NCBI GenBank assembly: GCA_033762115.1
Contig: JANRLX010000020.1
Location: 1 to 51,334, forward strand
Length of the DNA stretch: 51,334 nt
Source of the DNA: Verrucomicrobiota bacterium
GTDB taxonomy: Bacteria > Verrucomicrobiota > Verrucomicrobiia > Limisphaerales > SXQI01
Direction: 5' to 3'
This document shows, one piece after another, positions 27,741 through 37,421 of the stretch. The notes under the pieces were generated by a model that worked only from the letters and a program-made list of their open reading frames with translations, was not told the DNA's origin and did not search any database. The position numbers were made by a program, and so were the translations under genes. How positions within the stretch are numbered: position 1 is the first letter of the stretch; the number at the start of each line of letters is the position of its first letter.

Positions 27741-27842
27741 ACCTGAAGCCAACGACGCCTTCAGGTCGGGAGATACCCGTCTTTCTGGCTTGCGCAGCTG
27801 CGATTGGCAGAGCCGGCCGAAGGAGTTGAGAGGAAGGCGTCG
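27741..27842 (+). promoter_or_regulatory. Putative ANTAR-responsive RNA leader
   Basis: Hairpin ACCTGAAG-ccaacgacgc-CTTCAGGT (27741-27766); CGACGCCTTC (27753-27762) can instead pair with GAAGGCGTCG (27833-27842). Confidence 0.5.
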
Positions 27843-27934
27843 CGGGAAGATTCGGGTTTACTGCCCACAACAGTCGCCCTCCCTTAACCAGTCTTGCGGA
27901 TACCAAATGTCCGCAGTTCGACCCAAGTACTGCC

Positions 27935-28525
27935 GTGATCGAACACGAGTTAAAGATTTTGGTGATCGATGAATCGACTGAGCGTATGCAGTCGATGCGC
28001 GAGGCGTTGGCTCAATGTGGTTACGTCCATGTGATTTGCGCTTTCACTTCGGAGGATGTGCTGGAGCGAGTCTATGCAACAAATCCAGATGTGATTCTGA
28101 TCGATGTGGAGTCACCCACGCGGGACACGCTCGAGCAACTCACGCTGATCCAGCAATCACGGCCCAAACCGGTCGTTCTGTTTACGCAGGATCAAAAAGT
28201 GCAAACGATCCAGGCGGCGATTCAATCAGGCGTTTCAGCTTATGTGACGGCTGGTATCAGTGTGAGTGAAGTGCAGCCAGCAATCGAGGTGGCGATGGCG
28301 AGCTTTCGAAATTTTGAACGACTGCGCGAGGAACTGACGGCTGCTCGCAGCGATCTTTCTGAAGTGAAATTAGTAAACCGGGCCAAGGGGGTGATCATGG
28401 ATCAGCGAGGTTTGACGGAGGACCAGGCTTATCACGTGATGCGGCGCGCGGCCATGAATCGGAAGGTGAAATTGGCTGACCTCGCGCGTGAGGTCATAGC
28501 ACTGAGTAAAGGAAAGTCAGTTTAA
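27935..28525 (+). CDS. ANTAR-domain response regulator (NasT-like)
   Basis: Receiver-like N-terminus PDVILIDVESPTRDTLEQL...AIQSGVSAYV; ANTAR domain KLVNRAKGVIM...LTEDQAYHVMRRAAMNR. Confidence 0.92.
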   Translation: MIEHELKILVIDESTERMQSMREALAQCGYVHVICAFTSEDVLERVYATNPDVILIDVESPTRDTLEQLTLIQQSRPKPVVLFTQDQKVQTIQAAIQSGVSAYVTAGISVSEVQPAIEVAMASFRNFERLREELTAARSDLSEVKLVNRAKGVIMDQRGLTEDQAYHVMRRAAMNRKVKLADLAREVIALSKGKSV

Positions 28526-28539
28526 ACGCAAATGTACTT

Positions 28540-29922
28540 ATGAACAACGGAACTTTAAATGATCCATTCAACGTAACACAGTCTCTGGTCGGGCATCGAT
28601 GCACCGGAAGTGGCTGTGTTCACCCCGCGCACCAGGACAACGGCGGCATCGAATCCGAATTGGCGACTACTGATGGCATCCTGTCCCGGTTTGTCGAGAA
28701 TGCGGTTGTCCGGGCGATCTTCCCCAATGACATGGAGAGACGAACCTTTCTTTCTCTCGTCGGCAAAGGGATGGCAGCGGCGGCAATCGCGTCCGCCTTT
28801 GATTTCGGCACGGCGAAGGCCATCGCTGCTGAACCAGTCAAAGGCATTGAGAAGAAAGACCTTTCGATTGGGTTTATCCCGATTACGTGCGCGACGCCCA
28901 TTATCATGGCTGAACCAATGGGTTTCTACGCCAAGCACGGGTTGAGCGCCAAAGTGCGCAAGGCCGCTGGCTGGGCGGTGGTGCGCGATTGGGCGGTGAA
29001 CAAGGAAGTGGATGCGGCGCACATGCTCAGCCCCATGCCTCTCGCGCTGACCCTGGGAGCGGGATCGCCGGCGACGCCCTTTCTGATGCCCGCGGTGGAG
29101 AACATCAACGGCCAGGCAATCACACTTTCGTTGAAACACAAAGGGGTGAAGGAAGCCAAAGACATGAAAGGCTTTCGCTTCTGCGTGCCGTTCACCTACT
29201 CAATGCACAACTATCTGCTGCGGTACTATCTTGCCGAAGGGGGGTTGCATCCTGACAAAGACGTGCAGATTCGCATCGTGCCGCCGCCGGAGATGGTGGC
29301 CAATTTAAAGGCGGACAATGTGGATGGTTATCTCGCGCCTGATCCGTTTAATCAGAGAGCGGTCTATGAGAATGTGGGCTTTATTTTCAAACTAACGAAA
29401 GAGATCTGGGATGGCCACCCTTGTTGCGCGTTCGCGATTTCCAAAGAGTTTACCGAAACAAATCCCAATACGTTTAAAGCCCTGTTTCGTTCCATTGTGG
29501 ATGCGACGCACTTCGCGGCCGATCCCAGAAATCGGAAGGATATCGCGAAAGCCATTGCCCCGGCGAATTACTTAAATCAACCCGAGGTTGTCCTCGAGCA
29601 GGTCCTAACGGGTAAGTTCGCGGACGGTTTGGGCGGCATCAAGAATGTGCCGGATCGGATCAACTTTGATCCTTTCCCGTGGCAATCGATGGCTGTGTGG
29701 ATTCTCAGCCAGATGAAGCGTTGGAAACATGTGGAAAGTGATTTTGATTACCAGAAGGTTGCTGAGCAGGTTTACCTCGCGGCCGAGTGTGACAAAGTTA
29801 TGAAGGAGTTGGGCTACCCCACGCGCGGCAAAACATCGAAAACGCATGTCATCATGGGCCGTGAGTTTGACCCCGACAAGCCGGGTGAATACGTAAAGAG
29901 TTTCTCGATAAGCAATCTGTAA
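28540..29922 (+). CDS. cynA: CmpA/NrtA-family ABC substrate-binding protein, cyanate (CynA-like), Tat signal
   Basis: ERRTFL twin-Arg, IGFIPITCATPIIMA, ENINGQAI, PPPEMVANL, DPFNQRA, HPCC; upstream of cynS. Confidence 0.85.
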   Translation: MNNGTLNDPFNVTQSLVGHRCTGSGCVHPAHQDNGGIESELATTDGILSRFVENAVVRAIFPNDMERRTFLSLVGKGMAAAAIASAFDFGTAKAIAAEPVKGIEKKDLSIGFIPITCATPIIMAEPMGFYAKHGLSAKVRKAAGWAVVRDWAVNKEVDAAHMLSPMPLALTLGAGSPATPFLMPAVENINGQAITLSLKHKGVKEAKDMKGFRFCVPFTYSMHNYLLRYYLAEGGLHPDKDVQIRIVPPPEMVANLKADNVDGYLAPDPFNQRAVYENVGFIFKLTKEIWDGHPCCAFAISKEFTETNPNTFKALFRSIVDATHFAADPRNRKDIAKAIAPANYLNQPEVVLEQVLTGKFADGLGGIKNVPDRINFDPFPWQSMAVWILSQMKRWKHVESDFDYQKVAEQVYLAAECDKVMKELGYPTRGKTSKTHVIMGREFDPDKPGEYVKSFSISNL

Positions 29923-29929
29923 TCGGCGC

Positions 29930-30832
29930 ATGGCATGGCATACATTCAGTAAGTGGAAAGAGCGCGCCGGACCGTACCTTCTGTCGCTGCTAATTCTCGG
30001 CTTCTTTCTGGTTGCCTGGGAGGCTGCGACCCGTTCGCCAAAGTTTGATCCCGGCGGCAAAACAGAAGAGCAACTCACGCTGATGGAGTTCAACGGCGAT
30101 ATCGTGAAAAACGAAAACGGGCGGTACATCTACAACCCGGATAAAATAAAAGGCATTCCAGGTCCGCTGAAGGTCCTCAAAAAAGCGCGCACCGAACTCG
30201 GCGAAGCATTCGTCAAAAAGGGAACCAACGATCATGGGATCGGCTGGCTCGTTTATTATACGATCAAACGCTTCATGTCTGGATTCCTTGCCGGATCCGT
30301 CGTCGCGATCTTTGTGGGAGTTGTCATCGGCCTTTCGAAGCCGCTTTACGTCGCGCTCAATCCATTCATCCAGGTCCTTAAGCCAATTTCTCCGCTCGCC
30401 TGGATGCCGTTGATGTTGTACTCGGTAAAAAATCCGTTCTGGACCGCGATTCTGGTCGTTTTCATGGCGTCGTTGTGGCCGACCGTGGCAAACACCGCAT
30501 TCGGGGTAAACTCGATTCGCAAGGATTACCTGTATGTCGCCGCGTTGCTCGAAATGGGCTACATGCGCCGGTTGTTCACCGTGGTGCTCCCCGCGGCGGC
30601 GCCAGCGATTATTGCCGGGCTGCGCATATCATTCGGCAGCGCCCTGGTCGCAGTGGTGCCAGCCGAGATGCTGCTCGGGGAACTGGGAGCTGGGTATCTC
30701 ACCTGGATTGAATGGAACAACCTCGATATCAGCGGCGTCATTTTTGCGATCCTGGTGGTGGGTGTGGTGGGCTATGCGCTCGACTACGCATTTGGAAAAC
30801 TCGCGGCGCGATTCACCTATTCGGAAGTATAG
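29930..30832 (+). CDS. cynB: Nitrate/cyanate ABC transporter permease (CynB/NrtB-like)
   Basis: NDHGIGW, LNPFIQVLKPISPLAWMP, WPTVANTAFGV, EWNNL. Confidence 0.85.
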   Translation: MAWHTFSKWKERAGPYLLSLLILGFFLVAWEAATRSPKFDPGGKTEEQLTLMEFNGDIVKNENGRYIYNPDKIKGIPGPLKVLKKARTELGEAFVKKGTNDHGIGWLVYYTIKRFMSGFLAGSVVAIFVGVVIGLSKPLYVALNPFIQVLKPISPLAWMPLMLYSVKNPFWTAILVVFMASLWPTVANTAFGVNSIRKDYLYVAALLEMGYMRRLFTVVLPAAAPAIIAGLRISFGSALVAVVPAEMLLGELGAGYLTWIEWNNLDISGVIFAILVVGVVGYALDYAFGKLAARFTYSEV

Positions 30833-30838
30833 CAACGC

Positions 30839-31678
30839 ATGTCATTCCTGAAGATCGATCACGTCTCCAAGATTTATCCCGTTGTCGGCGATTCGACGGC
30901 CAAGAATTCGACCTTTGTCGTTTTTCGCAATGTGACGTTCGAGATCCACAAAGGAGAGTATCTCACAATGATCGGGCACTCCGGTTGTGGCAAAAGCACG
31001 CTCCTCAACATCATTGCAGGCTTCGATCAACCAAGTGAGGGCGGCATCATTCTCGAAGGACGAGAGATCACACGTCCCGGCCTTGATCGCATGGTGGTCT
31101 TTCAAAGCTTTGCGCTGATGCCCTGGCTGACCGCATTCGACAATGTGCGTGTCGCTGTTCGCCAGGCACATCAGGACTGGCCAAAGGAACAGGTACGCGA
31201 CTGGACGCAGAAATATATCGACATGATGAATCTCCACGGGGCGGAAAAGAAGTGCCCGGCGCTCCTCTCCGGCGGCATGCGCCAGCGCGTGGGTCTGGCG
31301 CGGGCGTTTTCGGTGGAGCCCAAAGTGCTCCTGCTTGATGAGCCTTTTGCGCAAATCGACGCCCTTACACGCGGAAGCATTCAAGAGGAACTCGTGCGCA
31401 TGTGGACCGCTACCCGTAATACCGTGTTTATGGTCACTCACGATGTGGATGAAGCCATCTTGCTGTCTGATCGCATTGCGCTTATGACCAACGGTCCCGA
31501 GGCCGAATTGGCTGAGATAGTGGAAGTGGACATTCCGCGACCGCGGACGCGGGCGGCGCTGATCGATTCGCCTGAATATGTCCGCATTCGCAACCATATC
31601 CTTCACTTCCTCGTGAAAGGGGCGAAGAAGCAAAAACATACCGGAACCAAAGCGGCAGCCGAGGCGGTTGCCGCGTAA
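30839..31678 (+). CDS. cynD: Nitrate/cyanate ABC transporter ATPase (CynD/NrtD-like)
   Basis: GHSGCGKST, LSGGMRQRVG, LLLDEPF, VTHDVDEAILLSDRI, MTNGP. Confidence 0.85.
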   Translation: MSFLKIDHVSKIYPVVGDSTAKNSTFVVFRNVTFEIHKGEYLTMIGHSGCGKSTLLNIIAGFDQPSEGGIILEGREITRPGLDRMVVFQSFALMPWLTAFDNVRVAVRQAHQDWPKEQVRDWTQKYIDMMNLHGAEKKCPALLSGGMRQRVGLARAFSVEPKVLLLDEPFAQIDALTRGSIQEELVRMWTATRNTVFMVTHDVDEAILLSDRIALMTNGPEAELAEIVEVDIPRPRTRAALIDSPEYVRIRNHILHFLVKGAKKQKHTGTKAAAEAVAA

Positions 31679-31707
31679 ACTCAAACTATCTGTCCGAAAG
31701 AATAAAC

Positions 31708-32151
31708 ATGACAAAGAACGCAATGATTGAGGCCGTCCTGGCGGCCAAAAAGAAGAAGAAAACCACCTGGGCGGCGATTGCTAAAGCCGCGGGGGTGTCC
31801 GAAGTATATACGACATCAGCGTGTCTGGGTGAGAATGCGCTTGAACCTGATGCCGCACGGAAGGTCGCGAAGTTTCTTGGGCTTTCACCAACCATCGCGG
31901 AGGCGCTGACGGAATTCACGAATAAGGGCGAGGCAGCCATGACCATTCCTAAAGAACCGCTGCAATACCGGTTTCAGGAAATCATTTATGTTTATGGCCG
32001 CACGATGAAGGAATTGATCGAAGAGAAATTCGGAGCTGGAATCATGAGTGCCATCGATTTCACCATGGACATCGAAAAAGTTCCCGACCCAAAAGGCGAT
32101 CGCGTGAAAGTCACGATGAACGGCAAGTTTCTCGCCTACAAGAAATGGTAA
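31708..32151 (+). CDS. cynS: Cyanate hydratase (cyanase)
   Basis: PKEPLQYRFQE (catalytic R/E), EEKFGAGIMSAIDF, GDRVKVTMNGKFLAY. Confidence 0.96.
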   Translation: MTKNAMIEAVLAAKKKKKTTWAAIAKAAGVSEVYTTSACLGENALEPDAARKVAKFLGLSPTIAEALTEFTNKGEAAMTIPKEPLQYRFQEIIYVYGRTMKELIEEKFGAGIMSAIDFTMDIEKVPDPKGDRVKVTMNGKFLAYKKW

Positions 32152-32154
32152 CGT

Positions 32155-32285
32155 ATGCCGGACGATCCGGAAATCGAGGGGTCCGACTCAGTATTTATAT
32201 CTTCAAGGACGCTGAGATCGCGGATTACGCCGCGCCGTATGGTGTGTTCTCTGTGGCGCGGCGGTACGATCTATCAAAGCGATAA
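32155..32285 (+). pseudogene. Truncated, frameshifted DJ-1/PfpI family gene
   Basis: Frame starting 32181 reads VRLSIYIFKDAEIADYAAPYGVFSVARRYD, a typical DJ-1/PfpI N-terminus, then stops at 32283-32285; the ATG at 32155 is out of frame. Confidence 0.6.
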
Positions 32286-32369
32286 AATCTGGCAAAATCT
32301 GAGTTGGTTCATTAGGCTATTGTGGGCGTTAGAGATCGAACTCCAAGGTGCCAGGATGGCCTCAAATCT

Positions 32370-32394
32370 GTTCGAGTCCGACCACCGGCACCAA
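32370..32394 (+). repeat. attR-like direct repeat (duplicated tRNA-Leu 3' end)
   Basis: GTTCGAGTCCGACCACCGGCACCAA, identical to 27148-27172. Confidence 0.9.
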
Positions 32395-32411
32395 TAGTTC
32401 GTCACATTTGT

Positions 32412-34256
32412 CTATTGATTTGGCACGCAATTCCAGAACATCAAAATATTATTGGCCCGGTGACTTATTTCATCACTGTCAGCAAGGCTGAATTTTCTTA
32501 AAATTTCCTTGCTGCGCTCTGTCGGGGGTGTTTTGCCCAGAGCTGTTCCAGTCAGAATTCCATCCAGCGCCACGCCCACCAGTCGAGGTGATTTAAACTT
32601 CTGGAGCATGGTCAATGTGTCCTCCAGATGGAATGGATTGGGACTCATTCCCGATTGCCGCGAAATCCTCAGTGTGGCCCAGCGCACCAGGGAGTTGAAA
32701 TTGTCATCGACGGTTTCAAAGAAACCAAGCGCGTGTGCCGCATCAAAGTCAATGATGGGTCTGAGCGCATTCCAGTAAAGCAGATCAAACTCAGCATCCC
32801 GGAACTGCTCGGCACTAAACCACAAAGTGCTCATGATACCGCCTGTAAACACCTCCCGGATGGGAATATTTGATGGTAGAGTATCATAGCTCGTTGAGTC
32901 GGAGACAAAAGGACGCAACGATGCAATCACCGCCGCCCGGACAACCCAGTTCGTGTCCTGTGCAAGTTTTTCCAGACGACTAAATGCCGCCCCGGTTGGG
33001 ATTTTGCGCTCCGCGGTTAAAAGGGCCGCCCAAAACCGGACGATTGGATGCTTATCTTTTGGGGTTTCCTCCAATTCTCCGTCATCCAGCAAGCGCATTC
33101 GATGCAGGGCCCATAAGGCGTGCACCCGATCCATTTCATTGGTGCTGTTTCGGAACGTGGTGTGCAGCGTACTAATCGGATGCAGCCCGCGTGAATTCGG
33201 CAAATCAGGTCTCCCCTCCAAAACTCGTAATGCCGTTTCACGATGCCATGTATTTTTATGTTTCAACAAATCAGGCAATTTACTGGTGGGGAGTCTTCCG
33301 AGATCGACACTCTGATCATCTGAAGAATTCTTCAGTCCCAATGCCAATAATTGCTTTCCACCATCGTTCATCCAGATCATCCCATCAGGCCCGCTCTGGA
33401 GATCAGAAATCTCTCCATTGGTGATAGTGGTCAGGATGCGTCGTTTGCTGAATCTTCCATTCGCTTCCTCAAACTCCAGCAGCGTGCTACGATTTTTATC
33501 GAACAGCAGCACTGTTTCGTTCGGTTGCTCTGACAAGTGATTGCCCTTATTGACCTCGATTCCTCCCCACATTTCTTCTGCGGCAAACCCTTTCAACGCG
33601 AGATCAGATTTGCTGTAGCCTTCCAGCCCGTTACGATAATCAATACCGGGAGCGACCCGAAAAAGCAGTCCGGATGCCTGATCGATTCCGATGATTCGCC
33701 CCATGGAATCCAGGGCGTATTGATCCATTTTTAATCCTCGGGCGATGAAATCCCATTCACCTGTTCGTGGATCAAACTTTCCGAGCCCCTGCTCGCCTGA
33801 CTCGCCACTCTCCCAATAAAACCCAATCCCACCCTGCGGCAACCATTCCATTGACCGAATTGCAGATACTTGCACGAGATTGGTTGGGGGATAAAGCGGC
33901 TTGTCTTCAATCAACTCCTCCGTTTTTGTTGTGGCAAATTGTCGAATTCGACTTCCATCAGCCACCAGGGCGATCCCTCCATGGATCAATAAACTACCGG
34001 CGACCTTTCCATTCTTTTCAAAGCTCTTGAAGGGTAAACTGCCATTATCCCCTTTGTTCCAGATTTCAAATTGATTCTCTTTTTCAACCAAAAACCATAG
34101 CTGCCCATGCTCGTCCCAGGTAAATGCCTTAATCCCCATTTGCTTAATTTGGACGGTTATCTGATAGGTTTCCATGGCTCTAGCTTCAGCCGCTCGAAGT
34201 GACGGCATCCACCACTCCAGAAGGCAGGTGATCACCAGATACGCTGTTGTAATCAT
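32412..34256 (-). CDS. Secreted beta-propeller + HEAT-repeat protein resembling PVC-type membrane-bound dehydrogenases, without heme c domain
   Basis: FTWDEHGQLW, DLQSGPDGMIWM, LKHKNTWHRETALRVL, RVHALWALH, DKHPIVRFWA; no CxxCH. Start placed at ATG 34256. Confidence 0.65.
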   Translation of the reverse strand: MITTAYLVITCLLEWWMPSLRAAEARAMETYQITVQIKQMGIKAFTWDEHGQLWFLVEKENQFEIWNKGDNGSLPFKSFEKNGKVAGSLLIHGGIALVADGSRIRQFATTKTEELIEDKPLYPPTNLVQVSAIRSMEWLPQGGIGFYWESGESGEQGLGKFDPRTGEWDFIARGLKMDQYALDSMGRIIGIDQASGLLFRVAPGIDYRNGLEGYSKSDLALKGFAAEEMWGGIEVNKGNHLSEQPNETVLLFDKNRSTLLEFEEANGRFSKRRILTTITNGEISDLQSGPDGMIWMNDGGKQLLALGLKNSSDDQSVDLGRLPTSKLPDLLKHKNTWHRETALRVLEGRPDLPNSRGLHPISTLHTTFRNSTNEMDRVHALWALHRMRLLDDGELEETPKDKHPIVRFWAALLTAERKIPTGAAFSRLEKLAQDTNWVVRAAVIASLRPFVSDSTSYDTLPSNIPIREVFTGGIMSTLWFSAEQFRDAEFDLLYWNALRPIIDFDAAHALGFFETVDDNFNSLVRWATLRISRQSGMSPNPFHLEDTLTMLQKFKSPRLVGVALDGILTGTALGKTPPTERSKEILRKFSLADSDEISHRANNILMFWNCVPNQ

Positions 34257-34441
34257 TCTTGAATGACAGGTGGGTAAAAGATGCATGGATGTTCTGCTTG
34301 TTCCTGCACTTGGACCTGACTCCAACCGCAATTGCTCAAATCACTAGTCCTGGGTCTGATGCAACTACCCAGAATTGGCTTTTCTTGGCAATTTCCTTTC
34401 CCTGCTGTAGGCTTTCCCTTTCGGCAAGTTCAGAAATTGCA

Positions 34442-37351
34442 ATGTCCAAAGAGTTTATCAGGATTGGTGGCGCACGGGAGCACAATCTCAAAAATTTAAC
34501 TTTGACCATCCCGCGCGACAAGCTGGTGGTCATTACCGGGTTGAGTGGTTCTGGCAAATCGTCTCTCGCCTTTGACACAATTTACGCCGAAGGGCAGCGC
34601 AAATATGTGGAGTCCCTCTCCGCTTACGCACGGCAGTTTTTGGACCAGATGCAGAAACCTGACGTCGATTACATCGAAGGCCTCTCCCCGGCCATCGCCA
34701 TTGAGCAGCGCAGCTCCGGAAGCAATCCACGCTCAACAATTGCCACGACCACGGAAATTTACGATTACCTGCGGCTTCTTTATGCCAATGTGGGGCAACC
34801 GCATTGCCCTGTTTCGGGAATGCAGATTTCCCATCAAACAACCCAGGATATCGTCGAAAAACTTGCATCATTTCCAGCAAAGACCCGCCTGATGCTGCTG
34901 GCTCCAGTTGTGCGAGAAGCCAAGGGGGAATTTCGGGATGTGATCGAACGCCTCTCACGGGAAGGGTTTGTGCGGGCACGGGTTGATGGTCAAATCGTCG
35001 AGCTTAACACCACCACCCGTTTGAAGCTGGATCCCAGGCAAAAGCACACGATAGAAGTAGTCATTGACCGCATCGTGGTGGATGACAAGGTGCGTGTTCG
35101 CCTCAGTGACTCCGTTGAAACGGCGCTTAAATGGGGTGAGAGCACTCTGCTGGCGTTACACCAGCCACCGGGATCGGATTCCACTGCGGCATGGATCGAA
35201 ACGCTCCATTCCACCCGGATGTTCAGCCCCGCAACCGGGTTGAGTTACGAAACGTTGACCCCAAAGCATTTTTCCTTCAATTCACCCAGCGGCGCTTGTC
35301 CGGTATGTCACGGGCTTGGGCAAAAGTTGGTATTTGATCCTTCCCTTGTGGTCCCCGATCCGAAGAAATCACTGGATGGCGGGGCCATCCTGCCGTGGCG
35401 CCGTGGCGGCAAGCGCATGATTATTTATTATAAAAGCTTGTTGAGGGGAATAGCGGAAGCATTCGGACAAAGCCTCGAACTGCCATTCGAAAAACTGCCC
35501 GAGGAGTTTCGCAAAACCCTTTTCTACGGCACGGGCGACAAGGAAGTGAGTTTCAATTTCTGGCGTGCGGGGAAGATGTCAAAAGTTTCCAAACCGTTTG
35601 AAGGCGTGATCCCCAATATGGAGCGCCTGTATCAGGAAAGTGAAAGTGAATTCACCCGCAATCGGCTAAAATCATTCATGAGCCCCCAGGACTGCGACGC
35701 CTGCGGTGGGGCACGGTTAAAGCCTGAAATTCTCGCGGTGACTTTGGGAGATCAGAAAATGGATCGTCCTTTGAATGGGCTCCAGGTTCGCCCACCGGGG
35801 TTGTCCATCATGGATCTTTGCAGCCTCACGATCGAGGAGGCTGATGACTTTCTTGCACAACTTCATCTTACTCCTTTCCAGCAAAAAATCGCTGCCGAGG
35901 TCATTAAGGAGATCCGTTCCCGATTGGGGTTTTTGAAAAATGTCGGCCTCGGTTATCTCTCGTTAAATCGTGAAAGCGGAACACTCAGCGGCGGCGAAGC
36001 TCAGCGCATTCGGTTGGCCACGCAAATCGGCGCTGGTCTTGTAGGAGTCCTCTATATCCTTGATGAACCCAGCATCGGCTTGCATCAAAGGGACAATGAC
36101 AAACTGCTCGTGACCCTGGAACGGTTGCGCGACCTGGGCAATTCAGTCCTCGTGGTCGAGCATGATGAAGATACAATTCGTCGCGCGGATTATGTCATGG
36201 ATCTTGGCCCCGGTGCAGGTATTCGAGGAGGTGAACTGGTGGCTGCGGGAACCGTCGAGGAAGTGATGCGGACTCCAACGAGCCTTACGGGAAAATATCT
36301 CTCAGGCGACTTAACCGTAGCCGTTCCAAAAAACAGGGTGAAACCGAGCGGCGTTAAAGGGTGGCTCGAAGTTCTTGGTGCGCAGGAAAACAATCTGAAG
36401 AATATCGATGCCCGCATTCCTCTTGGCACAATGACCTGTGTGACTGGGGTGAGCGGCTCCGGTAAAAGCACGCTTGTAGATGATATCATTCGTCGCGCCC
36501 TGTTTCGGCGCTGGTACGGCTCGAAGGAAACCCCGGGAAAGCACCGGGAAATGAACGGTTTTGAAAATATCGACAAGGCAATTGTGATTGATCAAACACC
36601 GATTGGACGCACCCCGCGCAGCAATCCAGCCACTTATACCGGAATCTTTAATCATATCCGCGACCTTTTTGCGAAACTCCCAGCCGCCAAAGTTCGCGGC
36701 TATGGTGCAGGCCGTTTCAGTTTCAACGTTCGGGGTGGGCGTTGTGAAAAATGCCAGGGCGACGGCCTTATCAAAATTGAAATGCACTTTCTCCCACCGG
36801 TTTATGTTACCTGTGAAGCCTGCAATGGCCGCAGGTACAATCGAGCCACCCTGGAAATCACCTATAAAGGGATGAACATTGCAGACGTCCTCGCAATGAC
36901 CGTTGATGAAGCAGTAAATTTCTTCCGTGCCATTCCCCAAATTTATGATCTTTGCCTCACCCTCGCTGAAGTTGGTCTGGGTTATATTACCCTTGGTCAA
37001 TCCGGCACCACCCTTTCAGGCGGCGAAGCTCAGCGGATCAAGCTTGCCTCAGAGCTTTCTCGTAAAACCACAGGGCACAGCCTCTACATCCTTGATGAAC
37101 CCACCACAGGTCTCCATTTTCATGATGTGGCAAAATTGATTGAGGTTTTTTATAAATTACGCGCCCCCGGCAACACGCTCCTGATTATTGAGCATAACCT
37201 CGATGTGATTAAAACAGCGGACTGGATCATCGATCTGGGACCCGAAGGTGGAACCCGTGGGGGACGGATCGTGGCGGAAGGGACTCCCGAAATGATTGCA
37301 CAATCCACCGAAAGCTTTACCGGGCAATATTTGCGCAAAATTCTGAGATGA
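34442..37351 (+). CDS. uvrA: Excinuclease ABC subunit A
   Basis: [23 protein letters not shown], Zn-finger CxxC pairs, two LSGGEAQR motifs, GVSGSGKST. Start at ATG 34442. Confidence 0.98.
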   Translation: MSKEFIRIGGAREHNLKNLTLTIPRDKLVVITGLSGSGKSSLAFDTIYAEGQRKYVESLSAYARQFLDQMQKPDVDYIEGLSPAIAIEQRSSGSNPRSTIATTTEIYDYLRLLYANVGQPHCPVSGMQISHQTTQDIVEKLASFPAKTRLMLLAPVVREAKGEFRDVIERLSREGFVRARVDGQIVELNTTTRLKLDPRQKHTIEVVIDRIVVDDKVRVRLSDSVETALKWGESTLLALHQPPGSDSTAAWIETLHSTRMFSPATGLSYETLTPKHFSFNSPSGACPVCHGLGQKLVFDPSLVVPDPKKSLDGGAILPWRRGGKRMIIYYKSLLRGIAEAFGQSLELPFEKLPEEFRKTLFYGTGDKEVSFNFWRAGKMSKVSKPFEGVIPNMERLYQESESEFTRNRLKSFMSPQDCDACGGARLKPEILAVTLGDQKMDRPLNGLQVRPPGLSIMDLCSLTIEEADDFLAQLHLTPFQQKIAAEVIKEIRSRLGFLKNVGLGYLSLNRESGTLSGGEAQRIRLATQIGAGLVGVLYILDEPSIGLHQRDNDKLLVTLERLRDLGNSVLVVEHDEDTIRRADYVMDLGPGAGIRGGELVAAGTVEEVMRTPTSLTGKYLSGDLTVAVPKNRVKPSGVKGWLEVLGAQENNLKNIDARIPLGTMTCVTGVSGSGKSTLVDDIIRRALFRRWYGSKETPGKHREMNGFENIDKAIVIDQTPIGRTPRSNPATYTGIFNHIRDLFAKLPAAKVRGYGAGRFSFNVRGGRCEKCQGDGLIKIEMHFLPPVYVTCEACNGRRYNRATLEITYKGMNIADVLAMTVDEAVNFFRAIPQIYDLCLTLAEVGLGYITLGQSGTTLSGGEAQRIKLASELSRKTTGHSLYILDEPTTGLHFHDVAKLIEVFYKLRAPGNTLLIIEHNLDVIKTADWIIDLGPEGGTRGGRIVAEGTPEMIAQSTESFTGQYLRKILR

Positions 37352-37421
37352 TCCTGTTATCGGTCTTTAACTTCGCTGATAAATAAAAAAATTCGTGGCA
37401 TCATTTTAAAGCAATTATTTT

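Larger units (their letters stand above)
27148..32394. mobile_element. tRNA-Leu-integrated genomic island (about 5.2 kb) carrying cyanate utilisation genes; no recognisable integrase
   Basis: Identical 25-bp direct repeat at 27148-27172 and 32370-32394; gene remnants at both inner ends. Confidence 0.85.

Noticed and set aside
27172..27935. Possible integrase at the island left end
   Set aside because: No long ORF and no tyrosine (R...HxxR...Y) or serine recombinase motifs seen in any listed frame.
28540..31678. Nitrate or bicarbonate transporter call for the ABC system
   Set aside because: Same family, but direct linkage to cynS and absence of nitrate/nitrite reductase genes favour cyanate; nitrite transport is not excluded.
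30842..31723. 293-aa minus-strand ORF
   Set aside because: Typical antisense shadow of an ABC ATPase gene.
32370..32394. Second tRNA gene
   Set aside because: Only part of the T arm and the acceptor 3' strand are present; it is an att duplication.
34259..34441. 61-aa N-terminal extension of UvrA in the ORF track
   Set aside because: UvrA homology starts at [16 protein letters not shown] (ATG 34442); the extension covers the divergent promoter region.
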